From: an uncultured Rhodobacterales bacterium
GTDB taxonomy: Bacteria; Pseudomonadota; Alphaproteobacteria; Rhodobacterales; Rhodobacteraceae
Assembly: GCA_963976645.1 (NCBI GenBank)
Contig: CAXBLK010000002.1
Span: forward strand, 10,159-74,158
Reading direction: 5' to 3'
Length of the DNA: 64,000 bases
Positions 33,601 to 42,592 of the stretch are shown here, piece after piece. Position 1 is the first letter of the stretch, and each line of letters opens with the position of its first letter. Both the position numbers and the translations under genes were made by a program. The notes beneath the pieces were generated by a model. The model had not been told where the DNA came from. It did not search any database and saw only the letters and a list, made by a program, of their open reading frames with translations.

Positions 33601-35216
33601 TGCCCCTCGAACACCAGCGCGGTGGCGTCCGGCGTGCGGGCGACTTGCGCCTCAAACAGCCGAGAGATCGTTTGGCTGTCGAAATCGCGCGCGGTGGCGT
33701 TGACCTGGTCGAACAGCGCCTGCTCGGTCGGGCTGATCAATTCGGCCGACGTCAGCGGCACATCGCCTTGGGCGTTGGCCAGCAGGGCAATGCGATCGGC
33801 GAACAGATCCAGTTTGGCCTGATCCGTCAGGCTCAGGTCGGCGGACAGGATGCAATCGGCCTCACCGACAATCAGACACAGCGCCGTGCCGTCAATATGC
33901 GCACCATCGGTCGACAGGCCCAGCGCGGGCATGGAAAGCGGCGATAGCGCCGGGTCACGGCCGATCAGGTCGCGCGGGTAAGAGGGGTGTTTTTGAACGC
34001 GCTCCAACGCGGCGGTGATGCCTGCCGTCCGCTCGGACAGCGTGTCGCCCTGCGGGGTCAAGGGCACCCAAGGGGCGATATGCCCCGGCGCGGATTGGTG
34101 CAGGGAGGCCGTATCCGCGCTGACGCAAGCCCAGCCGCCGGGAACATATTGTGCAATGATTGCCGCCGCGCGGGTGGCGTCAACCGGCAGCTCGCGCGTG
34201 GCGAACCCGCGCCCAACGGATTTCGCAGCCGCCATTTCACTGGCCGAAAACCCGGTCAAAGCCTTGCGCCAAAACCCCTCGCCCGGGGTGATCCGGGCCA
34301 TGGCAGCGGTCAGCGCCGGGCTTTGACCAAAGGTCAGCGCGTCGCCCACCGGTGCAATTTGATCCGCAGTCACCGGCAGTCCGCCCAGGCAGGCAAAGCC
34401 CGACAACCGCACCGCGCCGTCTGCGCAAGCGACCACCAGGGTGTCGCCGACCTCAAGAACCGTGCCCGGTGCGCCCGTTCCCTGCGCGGGTTCCGCCTGT
34501 GAAACAGCAAACACGCCCGCCGCGCTTTCGATCTTTGGCAGGGCCAGCGGGTTCCAGTAGCCGCCATGATCCAGCGCGCGCACCATGCGCAGCAGTTCAG
34601 AGGCCGGGCGGCTGAAATCCAGCCGTGCGGCGGTGTCGGGGCGGTCATTCTTGCGGCAAAGCGTGCGCTGGCTCAGGTCTTGCCTGCGCCGGTTCATCGC
34701 CCCGGTTTCCAGCGCGGCGACAACGGCGGGAAAGCTTTCGATCGCCGCGCCGTAGCAGCGGGCGTTCAGGGAAAAGGCGGTATCGTCGTCGCCAATGTCA
34801 AAGGTGACCTGCTCCAGGATATCGCCCTCATCCACGCCACCCTGGATCATGTGCCAGGTGATGCCGTGGCGCATTTCGCCGTTCAGCGCAGCCCAGACCG
34901 GTGCGTTCAGTCCGGCATAGCGGGGCAGGGGGCCGTCATGGAAGTTCACCGCGCCCTGACGGGCCTTCGCCAGCAGCGCATCGGGCAGAACCGACAGATT
35001 TGCAATCGACAGCAGCCAGTCGAACGGCGCGGTGATCCGGTGCTCCAGCCCGGCGCCCGGTTCGACCACCTCGACCCCGGCGCCCCGCGCCCAGGCGATG
35101 ACGTCGGCATTGTGGCTGACGACGGTCTGAATACCGTGTCCGCGCCCCAGCAAGATCTTGGCGCACTGAACCAGAAGCGATTCATTGCCAACCAGAACAC
35201 ATGAAAACGAGGCCAT
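30645..35216 (-). CDS. NRPS-like loading module: formyltransferase - adenylation domain interrupted by a luciferase-like monooxygenase - PCP
   Basis: Formyltransferase motifs NFHDGPLPRYAG and GVDEGDI. A-domain cores YTSGSTGLPKG, FDISV, YGPTETT, YRTGD and GRADHQVKIRGFRIE. LLM motif WTPERHFHAFGGPYPNP. PCP FFLLGGHSL. Confidence 0.93.
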   Translation of the reverse strand: MASFSCVLVGNESLLVQCAKILLGRGHGIQTVVSHNADVIAWARGAGVEVVEPGAGLEHRITAPFDWLLSIANLSVLPDALLAKARQGAVNFHDGPLPRYAGLNAPVWAALNGEMRHGITWHMIQGGVDEGDILEQVTFDIGDDDTAFSLNARCYGAAIESFPAVVAALETGAMNRRRQDLSQRTLCRKNDRPDTAARLDFSRPASELLRMVRALDHGGYWNPLALPKIESAAGVFAVSQAEPAQGTGAPGTVLEVGDTLVVACADGAVRLSGFACLGGLPVTADQIAPVGDALTFGQSPALTAAMARITPGEGFWRKALTGFSASEMAAAKSVGRGFATRELPVDATRAAAIIAQYVPGGWACVSADTASLHQSAPGHIAPWVPLTPQGDTLSERTAGITAALERVQKHPSYPRDLIGRDPALSPLSMPALGLSTDGAHIDGTALCLIVGEADCILSADLSLTDQAKLDLFADRIALLANAQGDVPLTSAELISPTEQALFDQVNATARDFDSQTISRLFEAQVARTPDATALVFEGQTLTYGDLNARANRVAAVLQDMGVGPDVAVALCTRRAPELLIGALGILKAGGAYVPMDPSYPADRLRHFLTDSAAPVIVTQSALIDTLPEHTGELLVLDTDIRLARASNENPQSGAGPENLAYLIYTSGSTGLPKGVMVEHRNVANFFAGMDDRIQHDPAGVWLAVTSLSFDISVLELFWTLSRGFKLVLTSDQDRMLVSGGSLPVSDKPMDFSLFYWGNDDGPGPQKYELLLEGAKFADTHGFSAVWTPERHFHAFGGPYPNPAVTGAAVAAVTKNIAVRSGSCVAPLHHPIRIAEDWAVIDNLTDGRAGLGIASGWHPVDFVLRPENSVPGNKAAMFDTIDKIRRLWRGESVEFDHNGETRSVQSLPRPVSKELPLWLTIAGNPDTWREAGEIGANVLTHLLGQSIDEVAGKIKIYHEALRKAGHDPKDFSVTLMLHTYVARSRDLARDTAREPMKTYLLAAAGLVKQYAWAFPAFKKPKGVSNPMDIDLASLSQDEVDGILDYAFNRYFEDSGLFGTVEDCLRRVEQLKAIGVDEIGCLIDYGIPVQQVLEGLYPLAEVLRRSNAPTQLAEDDFSLSAQIRRHGVSHLQCTPSMARMIVENDDARAALARVDHMMIGGEALPGALAQDLAQITGAPVQNMYGPTETTIWSTTSQSRGGDGVVGIGTPIANTTLHVLNAARNPVPVGAEGELWIGGAGVARGYWRQPGLTADRFIDNPFAPGRMYRTGDLVRLRADGTVDFLGRADHQVKIRGFRIELGEIETALDALPGVTQSVVIPREDAPGDVRLVAYVTGSADGSGLRSALAETLPAHLVPAHVVKLEQFPLTPNKKIDRKALPAPGIVRPAVFEAPVAANGGDTLARIAEIWRAVLGVGDVKPTDNFFLLGGHSLLAVQAHRDIREALSLPGLSITDVFRFPVLSALAGHIDAKLKPVSPVPATAESGAPDSDAAGFGARAESQAARGRQDAMSRRRAMRAERLSRLG

Positions 35217-35217
35217 A

Positions 35218-36162
35218 TCAACTCTCCCGGGAAATGCGCGTTCCCCAACTGTGTTTCACAAGATCACGGAGAAAATGTGGCGGGGTATGGGGTTTCTTGC
35301 GGCCCGCCAGCACGCGCAGCCCGTAAACGCCCAGCCCGGCGATATGCGCGGCGGTTGCCAAACCCGCGTAAAGCCTGCCGTGGTTCTTTTCAAAATAGTG
35401 ACGACGCGAGGCGAACCAGTAGCCTGGCACGCGCTGCCATTCCTTCATGCCGGTGCTGACCGATCCCAGATGCATCACCCGGCTTTCGACCACATAGACC
35501 GTGGGCCACCCGGCCATCGCGGCGCGGCGGCACAGGTCGGTTTCCTCGAAATACAGAAAGAAGGCCTCATCAAACAGACCGACCTGATCCAGCACCGACT
35601 GGCGCATCAGCACGCTGGCCCCGGCCAGCCAATCCACCCGGGCGGTTTGCGTGGGCAGATCGGGCGCGACAATGGCGTTTTTCAGCAGTCTCGAAATCGG
35701 GCCGGTTTTCGCCGCCCCCTCGAACTCGCCGGCGATGGATGGAAAGCGAAAGGCGCTGACGTGGGGAACGCCATCTTCGCCGTAGATATGGCTGCCCGCG
35801 AAGCCGACATCGGGGTTCTGTTCCAGATACGCCACCAGGCCAGAGATCGCATCCGGGTCCGGAAAGGCGTCCGAGTTCAGGATATAGACAAAATCCGGAC
35901 TGGATCCATCCGGCAGGCCTGCGCGAATGCCGAAATTGTTGCCCGCGCCATAGCCGCCATTGCGCCCGGATTGCAGCACCCGCACGCGCGGCCAATCGGC
36001 GGCGGCGGCGCTCATGGCTTCGAAGCTGCCATCCAGGCTGTCATTGTCGACAATCGTGATGGCGCCCTCGATCCCCTCCATCGCCGTGATCGCGGCTTGC
36101 GCGGCGCGCAGGGTCATGTCGGGCGTGCGCCAGTTCAGGATCACACACAGAACGCGGCTCAT
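35218..36162 (-). CDS. Glycosyltransferase family 2 (WbbL/RfbF-like)
   Basis: VILNW, VDNDS, NGGYGAGNN, LNSDA, WLAGAS and FFLYFEETDLC. Sandwiched between the PKS and NRPS. Confidence 0.9.
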   Translation of the reverse strand: MSRVLCVILNWRTPDMTLRAAQAAITAMEGIEGAITIVDNDSLDGSFEAMSAAAADWPRVRVLQSGRNGGYGAGNNFGIRAGLPDGSSPDFVYILNSDAFPDPDAISGLVAYLEQNPDVGFAGSHIYGEDGVPHVSAFRFPSIAGEFEGAAKTGPISRLLKNAIVAPDLPTQTARVDWLAGASVLMRQSVLDQVGLFDEAFFLYFEETDLCRRAAMAGWPTVYVVESRVMHLGSVSTGMKEWQRVPGYWFASRRHYFEKNHGRLYAGLATAAHIAGLGVYGLRVLAGRKKPHTPPHFLRDLVKHSWGTRISRES

Positions 36163-39100
36163 GCCTCGGACTCCGATATCAGGGTTTTCAACCGGGATGC
36201 CATGACCCGCACATTGGGTTCCAGAACCATGCTGTCGTGATCGCCAGGCACTTCATGGACGCTCAGCCTGGGCATCCAGGGCGACCAGTCATTGTCATCA
36301 TGCACGTATTCCTTCGCACTGCTGACCCAGCGACCGCCGGTGACCCTCCAGTGTTTGTCCAGCGGTGGGCGGAACAGGGCGACCGGCGCGTCATAGCCGC
36401 GCAGGGTCACATGGGGCAGGGCATCGCGGAACGCGGCCTCGATCGCGCGGTTGTGGAACCCGCTGTCGGCCTCGGCTTCGGCTTCATCGGCCATGCGGGC
36501 AAGCTGTGCTTTCCAGTCGCGCCGGGCCTGCATCCATTCCCCGACATAGCCGAACCCCTTGCGGCGGAACTCGTGCAGCTTGATTGCCGCCTTGTCCGCG
36601 CGGCTCAGTTCCGGGCGCAGCGGCAGCGGCGTGTCCAGCAGCGTCAGCAAGGCCACGTCCTCGCCTGCCGCCCGCAACTGATGCGCCATTTCCAGCGCGG
36701 TCAGCCCGCCGCCGGAAAACCCGCCGATCAGATACGGCCCATGCGGCTGCACCTGACGGATTTCCGCCAGATAATCGCGCGCGGCGTCTTCCAGCCGGGT
36801 ATGAGGCTCGGCCCCGCCCAGCAGCCCGCGCGCCTGAACGCCATAAAACCGGCGATCCGTGCCCAGAAGCTGCGCCAGGTGCCGCAGGTTCAGCACGTTG
36901 CCGAACATGCCGGCCACCAGGAAGAACGGCGTTTTCGGCCCGCCCTCGCCTTCATGCATCGGCACCAGGAACTCATAGCGCCGGGTCGGCGCGCTGGGCG
37001 CAGGCGCGTCGCCGCTTTCGGTGATACCCGCGACTTCGGCCACCATGGCCGCGACCTTTTCCACCGTTGGCGCCTCGAACAGGACCGAGATGGGGAAATC
37101 CACGGCCCAGGTCTTTTTCACCCGCGCAAACAGGCGCACGGCGATCAACGAGTGCCCGCCCAGGTCAAAGAAGCTGTCCTGCACGCCGACCCCTTCGACG
37201 CCCAGCAATTCTTCCCACATCGACACCAGCATCCGTTCGACATCGTTGCGCGGTTCGACATACGCGCTGTCCAGGTTGGGGCGGTCGAATTTCTGGCCGT
37301 CGCCGGCGTCATTGCTCTGAACGACTGCTGCTTCAGCGATCAATTCAGGCAATGTCAGAGACGAAACGACCACCTGTGCGCGATCCAGCGACAGGGCCCG
37401 CAAAAAGGCCGTGGCCCCCTCGGGCGGGGTGATCCCCATCGACAGATTGCGCGCCAGCCGCTCTTCGCCGGGGTTTAGCGCGCGGTCCTCGCCGCCGGGG
37501 TCATCAAACTGCACCTCGGACGGCAGAAGCGGTGCGGGCGTGCCGAAGCCGCCCTCAAGCCGCTTGATGGCAAACCGCCCGATCTCGGCGCAGACCTGGC
37601 CGTCAGGCGTGGCCAGCGTGATATCGAAACTGGCAAAGCCCGGCTCGGCGGGGGCGATGCGCACATGGCTGACGATCTCGGCGGGCAGGGCGCGGTAAAC
37701 CCGCACGCGGCCATAGGACACCGGCACCCACAGCGCGCGGCCGCCGTAGCCGTCAATCAACTCCATCGCCCAACCTGTGGCCAGATCGGTCAGCGCCGGG
37801 TGCAGCACGTAGCCCTGCCCCAGATCGTCGCGGAACGCTTGCGGCAACGACAGATGCGCGATGCCTTCGCCGGTGCCATAGGCACGCCTGTTCAGCACGC
37901 GCCAGCGCGGACCAAAGGCCAGATGCGCTTCTTGCCCGGTGGCCATGCCGTTCGGATCCTCGGCAACATCGCGGTCGCAGCGGGCCATGATCGCGGCGAC
38001 ATCAATCTGCCCCGGCACTTTCATGGGCGCCATTTCGATCCGCGCCTGCGCGTTCAGGGCAAACCCCGTGCGCCCGCGCAGGGTCACGGCAGAGCGCAGT
38101 TCAAACTCATACCCCGCATCCGAGCGTTCCAGCGTCACGCGGATCTCACGCGGTTCATCGACCTCCAGCGCGCGGAAGAAGGTCAGATCGGCGATTTCGA
38201 ACGGCTCCACCTCGCCCTGCGCATGCAGCGACTGCACGGCGATTTCAAGCAATCCGGTGCCCGGAACCAGCGCGGTGGCGTCCTTTGTGCGGTGCTCATC
38301 CAGCAGCCACATGCCGGTGTCATAGGTCGCTTTGAATTGGCGATTCATGCGGGAATCAAACCCGGCGCTGTCCAGAAGCGGCACCGCAACAGGTGTTTCG
38401 GGCATCGCCGGGCCGTGACCCAGACGCTGCGCCATGGCCTCGGCGGCCATGCCGACCTCGGCCCAGATACCCCAGTTCAGGGACAGAACCCGCGTCTTGC
38501 CGGTGCGCGCCCGGGCCCAGGCGTTCAGGTATTCATTGGCGGCCACGTAATCGACCTGACCGGCCGGGGCGGTCAGGGTGGAGGTGGAGGAAAACGCCAC
38601 GATCCGATCGACCGCGCCGTCCGGCAGCAGCGCATCCAGCACGCGCAGCCCGTGGACCTTGGGCGCAAAGACACTTTCCACGCTGCCCACGGTTTTCGCC
38701 AGCAAGGGCGCGTCATCGATTGCGCCGGCGGCGTGGATCACACCGTGAATGCGGCCGAAGCGGTCTTGCACCTGCTCCAGCGCGGTGCGCATCTCGTCGA
38801 TGTTGCAGACATCGGCGGCGATGACCATGACCTCGGCGCCCAGTGCTTCCAGCCGTTCGACCGCCAGAATGCGGCGCGCCACGGGGTCGGCGGGGTTTTC
38901 GGACCGCGCCGCCCAATCGCCGCGATCGGGCAGGGCGGTGCGGGCGATCAGCGCGAGCTTCGCGCCCGAGGTCTTGACCAGCGCTTCGGCCACCGTCTGG
39001 CCGATCCCGCCAAAGCCGCCGGTAATCACCCAAGGCGCACCCTGCGGCAGATCGGGGGTTTCGGTCAGCGGCTGAGGGCGCAGGCGCTGTTCGAACCGCT

Positions 39101-42100
39101 TGCCACCCCGCAGCGCGGCGACACTGTTGCCGGGCTCGGCAAACAGCTCCTCCAGCAGCGCCTGGGTCAGATCAGGGTGGCCGCCACGCTTGCGGGCGCG
39201 CGGTTCGATGTCCAGCGTCGCAACGCTCATCCCCGTCATTTCATGCGGGATCACGCGGGCCGGTCCGGCGATCATTGCCTTTTCGGGCCAGCGCAGGGGT
39301 TCATCCTTCACTTGCGCGGCGCCGGCAGTGATCACGGTCATGTGCATGTCGTCCAGCCCCTCGGCGGCGATGGCCTGCCCCAGGAACATCAGCGAATAGA
39401 ACCCCTGCTCCACATGCGCCTGAAACGCGTTCGAGCCGGGGCGGAAACGCTCTTCGCCGCTGGCCAGCCAGAAATGGGCGATGCGGGTCGGCACGGTGCC
39501 ACGATGCACCAGGTCCTGGATCAACTGGTCATAGCCTTCGCGCCCGCGCTCCGTGGGCAGCGAGTAAACACTGTCGGTGCGCCGGCGGAAGGAATCGCCG
39601 CCCTGCACTTCGATCACCTTTTGCCCGGCCGCCCGCAGCCGCGCGATCAGCGGCGCAGAGATGCCATCTTGATCGGCAAAGATCAGCCAGGTTTCGGGCG
39701 GGGCGTCATCCAGTTCGGTCTCGACATCCAGATCCACAGAAGCGGAGCGCGGCACCCATCCCAGCCGGGTGCCCATCTGTTCCACGCTGTCGATCCGCGC
39801 GGGGATGGCGGTGACGGTATCCGCGCGGGGCTTGGCGGGGGCGATGAAATATTCGCGCCGATCGAACGGATAGGTCGGCAGCGGCACGCGGTTGCGCCGT
39901 GCATCGCCCCAGATCTGTGACCAGTCGAACGCGCCGCCCAGCGCCCAGATGCGGCCCAGCAGGCCCATGTGGTAAAGGTCGTCGGCGATGTCCTCCTCAG
40001 GATGGCGCAGCGCGGCCAGAACCTGCTGCGGCGGCACCGCGCCATGCATCCGCGTCAGCGAGGACAGCGCCTTGCCCGGGCCGACTTCCAGCCAGATGCG
40101 ATTGGGCTTTTCGGCAAGCGTAGAGACACATTCGGCAAACATCACCGTGCCGCGCAGGTGCTGCGTCCAGTAATCCGGGCTGGTGGCTTGCTCATCCGTC
40201 AGCGGCAGGCCGGTGCGGTTGGAGATGATCGGCAGGCGCGGCGGGCTTAACGGAATCGAGGCCAGGAAAGCGCGGAACCGGTCCAGGATCGGATCCAGCA
40301 TCCGGGAATGCGCGGCAATGTCGATGGCAATGCGCTGGGTTTCGAATCCGTCGGCCAGCAACCGCGCGGACAGCGCGTCCAGATCGGCGTCTGGGCCGGA
40401 TACCACGGTCAGTTCCGGCGCGTTCATGCTGGCGATGTCCAGATCGCCCAGATAGGGCGTCAGGGACTTCACCGACAGCGGCACCGACACCATGCCACCG
40501 GCGGGCACGGTATCGAACAACGTGCCGCGCAGGTGAACAAGCGCGATGCAATCCTCGAAGCTCATCACCCCGGCCAGGCAGGCGGCGGTGTTTTCGCCCA
40601 TCGAATGCCCAACCAGCGCGGCGGGTTGCACGCCCCAGGCCATGAACATCCGCGCCAGCGCGTATTCGGTGATCATGATCAGCGGCAGCTGCACCGACGG
40701 TTTTTTCAGCGCCGCATTCGCGGCGTCCTCGGCCCCTGGTTCGGGCAGCCAGAGCGCGCGGATGTCATAATCCAGACGCGGTTGCAGGATCTCCAACCCC
40801 TTGTCCATCCATTCGGCAAAGACCGGCTCGGTCTCATAAAGATCGCGCGCCATGCCGGCGAACTGCGCGCCGCCGCCAGGGAACAGGAACACGACATCCG
40901 GGCTGTCCAGCGCGGTATGGGTGAACACGCGCTGCGGGTTGTCGGCCTCCAGCAGCGTTGCGGCCTCGTCATGGGTTTGCGCCACCACCACGCGGCGCTT
41001 GTCAAAGGCGCGGCGCCCGTTCTTGAGCGTCCAGGCGATGTCGGCCAGGTTCTGTTGCGGTGCGCCGCGCAGATGGGCGGACAGGTTCGCCGCCTGTGCA
41101 TCCAGCGTGGATTTCGAGCGCGCCGACAGGGTCAGCAATTGAAACGGCCAATCGCTATCGCCACTTGCCGCGCGTTCAGGCGCTTCCTGAAGAATCGCAT
41201 GGGCATTGGTGCCGCCCACGCCCAGGCTGTTAACCCCGGCGCGGCGCGGGTGGCCGCGACTGTCCCAGGGGGTCAGCACGGCGTTCACCGCAAAGGGCGA
41301 GGCCTCAAATTCAATCGTCGGGTTGGGCGCCTCGAAACCCAGCGACGGGGGCAATTCCCTGTTGTGCAGCGACAAGGCCACCTTGATGACGCTGGCCACG
41401 CCGGCGGCGGTGTCCAGATGGCCGATGTTTGTTTTCACGGATCCGATCTTGCAAAAACCGGTCTGGTCGGTGGTTTCGCGAAACGCCTCGGTCAGCGCCG
41501 CCACTTCGATGGGATCGCCCAGATAGGTGCCGGTTCCGTGGCATTCGACGTAATCGACCGTATCGGCGGTGATGTCGGCCACTGCCTGCGCCTCGGCGAT
41601 GCAGCGCGCCTGCCCTTCGACGCTGGGCGCCAGATAGCCGGCCTTTTGCGCGCCGTCGTTGTTGATCGCGCTTCCCTTGACCACGGCCCAGACATGATCG
41701 CCGTCGCGGATCGCATCGTCGAGCCGTTTCAGCACCAGGCACCCGGCACCGGAACCGAACACCGTGCCCTGCGCGCGGTGATCAAAGGCGTGGCATTCGC
41801 CATCGGGCGAGAGGATCTCGTTCTCCTTGTGCAGATACCCGCGGCCCTGCGGCAGTTCGATGGTCACACCGCCCGCCAGCGCCATGTCGGATTCACCCGA
41901 CAGAAGCGCCTGCACCGCGTAATGCAGCGCGACCAGCGATGTGGAACAGGCGGTCTGCACGTTGATCGACGGACCGCGCAGGTCGAAGATGTGGCTGATG
42001 CGGGTGGACAGGAAGTCCTTGTCATTGCCGGTGTGGCGCAACAGGAACATGCCGACATCGCGCACCAGATCGGCGTTCGAGCAGATGTTGAAATAGAAGT

Positions 42101-42500
42101 AGCTGCCCATCCCGCAGCCCGCATAGACGCCGATATTGCCGTCGAAATTCTCGGGCATGTGACCGGCATTTTCCAGCGCCTCCCACGCCACTTCCAGGAA
42201 CTGGCGGTGTTGCGGGTCCAGGATGGCGGCTTCCTTGGGCGAAAACCCGAAGAATTCGGCGTCGAAATCGGCAAACCGGTCCAGCGGCGCGGCAAAGGGC
42301 ACGTAGTTGGGCTGGCGCATCAGCGCCGGATCCTCGCCGGCGGCCAGCAGCGCGTCCTCGTCCAGGCGGCGGATGGAGCGCAACCCGGCGCGCAGGTTGA
42401 GCCAGTATTCGTCGATCGACGCGGCACCGGGCAGATGCGCGGCCATGCCGACAATGGCAATATCGGACTCGCTGACGGAAGACTGGGGATCGGCGGACAT
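36159..42500 (-). CDS. Type I polyketide synthase, KS-AT-KR-DH-ACP-TE (2113 aa)
   Basis: KS QTACSTS / HGTGT / NIGH; AT GHSMG; KR TGGFGGIG / DYVAAN; DH HRTKDATALVP / HPALTD; ACP LGGHSL; TE GFSGG / GDH. Confidence 0.95.
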   Translation of the reverse strand: MSADPQSSVSESDIAIVGMAAHLPGAASIDEYWLNLRAGLRSIRRLDEDALLAAGEDPALMRQPNYVPFAAPLDRFADFDAEFFGFSPKEAAILDPQHRQFLEVAWEALENAGHMPENFDGNIGVYAGCGMGSYFYFNICSNADLVRDVGMFLLRHTGNDKDFLSTRISHIFDLRGPSINVQTACSTSLVALHYAVQALLSGESDMALAGGVTIELPQGRGYLHKENEILSPDGECHAFDHRAQGTVFGSGAGCLVLKRLDDAIRDGDHVWAVVKGSAINNDGAQKAGYLAPSVEGQARCIAEAQAVADITADTVDYVECHGTGTYLGDPIEVAALTEAFRETTDQTGFCKIGSVKTNIGHLDTAAGVASVIKVALSLHNRELPPSLGFEAPNPTIEFEASPFAVNAVLTPWDSRGHPRRAGVNSLGVGGTNAHAILQEAPERAASGDSDWPFQLLTLSARSKSTLDAQAANLSAHLRGAPQQNLADIAWTLKNGRRAFDKRRVVVAQTHDEAATLLEADNPQRVFTHTALDSPDVVFLFPGGGAQFAGMARDLYETEPVFAEWMDKGLEILQPRLDYDIRALWLPEPGAEDAANAALKKPSVQLPLIMITEYALARMFMAWGVQPAALVGHSMGENTAACLAGVMSFEDCIALVHLRGTLFDTVPAGGMVSVPLSVKSLTPYLGDLDIASMNAPELTVVSGPDADLDALSARLLADGFETQRIAIDIAAHSRMLDPILDRFRAFLASIPLSPPRLPIISNRTGLPLTDEQATSPDYWTQHLRGTVMFAECVSTLAEKPNRIWLEVGPGKALSSLTRMHGAVPPQQVLAALRHPEEDIADDLYHMGLLGRIWALGGAFDWSQIWGDARRNRVPLPTYPFDRREYFIAPAKPRADTVTAIPARIDSVEQMGTRLGWVPRSASVDLDVETELDDAPPETWLIFADQDGISAPLIARLRAAGQKVIEVQGGDSFRRRTDSVYSLPTERGREGYDQLIQDLVHRGTVPTRIAHFWLASGEERFRPGSNAFQAHVEQGFYSLMFLGQAIAAEGLDDMHMTVITAGAAQVKDEPLRWPEKAMIAGPARVIPHEMTGMSVATLDIEPRARKRGGHPDLTQALLEELFAEPGNSVAALRGGKRFEQRLRPQPLTETPDLPQGAPWVITGGFGGIGQTVAEALVKTSGAKLALIARTALPDRGDWAARSENPADPVARRILAVERLEALGAEVMVIAADVCNIDEMRTALEQVQDRFGRIHGVIHAAGAIDDAPLLAKTVGSVESVFAPKVHGLRVLDALLPDGAVDRIVAFSSTSTLTAPAGQVDYVAANEYLNAWARARTGKTRVLSLNWGIWAEVGMAAEAMAQRLGHGPAMPETPVAVPLLDSAGFDSRMNRQFKATYDTGMWLLDEHRTKDATALVPGTGLLEIAVQSLHAQGEVEPFEIADLTFFRALEVDEPREIRVTLERSDAGYEFELRSAVTLRGRTGFALNAQARIEMAPMKVPGQIDVAAIMARCDRDVAEDPNGMATGQEAHLAFGPRWRVLNRRAYGTGEGIAHLSLPQAFRDDLGQGYVLHPALTDLATGWAMELIDGYGGRALWVPVSYGRVRVYRALPAEIVSHVRIAPAEPGFASFDITLATPDGQVCAEIGRFAIKRLEGGFGTPAPLLPSEVQFDDPGGEDRALNPGEERLARNLSMGITPPEGATAFLRALSLDRAQVVVSSLTLPELIAEAAVVQSNDAGDGQKFDRPNLDSAYVEPRNDVERMLVSMWEELLGVEGVGVQDSFFDLGGHSLIAVRLFARVKKTWAVDFPISVLFEAPTVEKVAAMVAEVAGITESGDAPAPSAPTRRYEFLVPMHEGEGGPKTPFFLVAGMFGNVLNLRHLAQLLGTDRRFYGVQARGLLGGAEPHTRLEDAARDYLAEIRQVQPHGPYLIGGFSGGGLTALEMAHQLRAAGEDVALLTLLDTPLPLRPELSRADKAAIKLHEFRRKGFGYVGEWMQARRDWKAQLARMADEAEAEADSGFHNRAIEAAFRDALPHVTLRGYDAPVALFRPPLDKHWRVTGGRWVSSAKEYVHDDNDWSPWMPRLSVHEVPGDHDSMVLEPNVRVMASRLKTLISESEA

Positions 42501-42592
42501 CGGCTTACCTGAACGTTCGGAACATGGATTGGAAACAATCAATTCAATGGGGCAAGAGTTGCCCGCAATTCGGGCGTAAAGGTGGCGCCCGC

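Noticed and set aside
31278-42512. Long plus-strand ORFs opposite the NRPS and PKS (31278-32759, 32838-33947, 37665-39920, 40308-42512), and similarly 57014-58807
   Set aside because: Same antisense artefact: no recognisable domains, fully overlapping well-supported genes.
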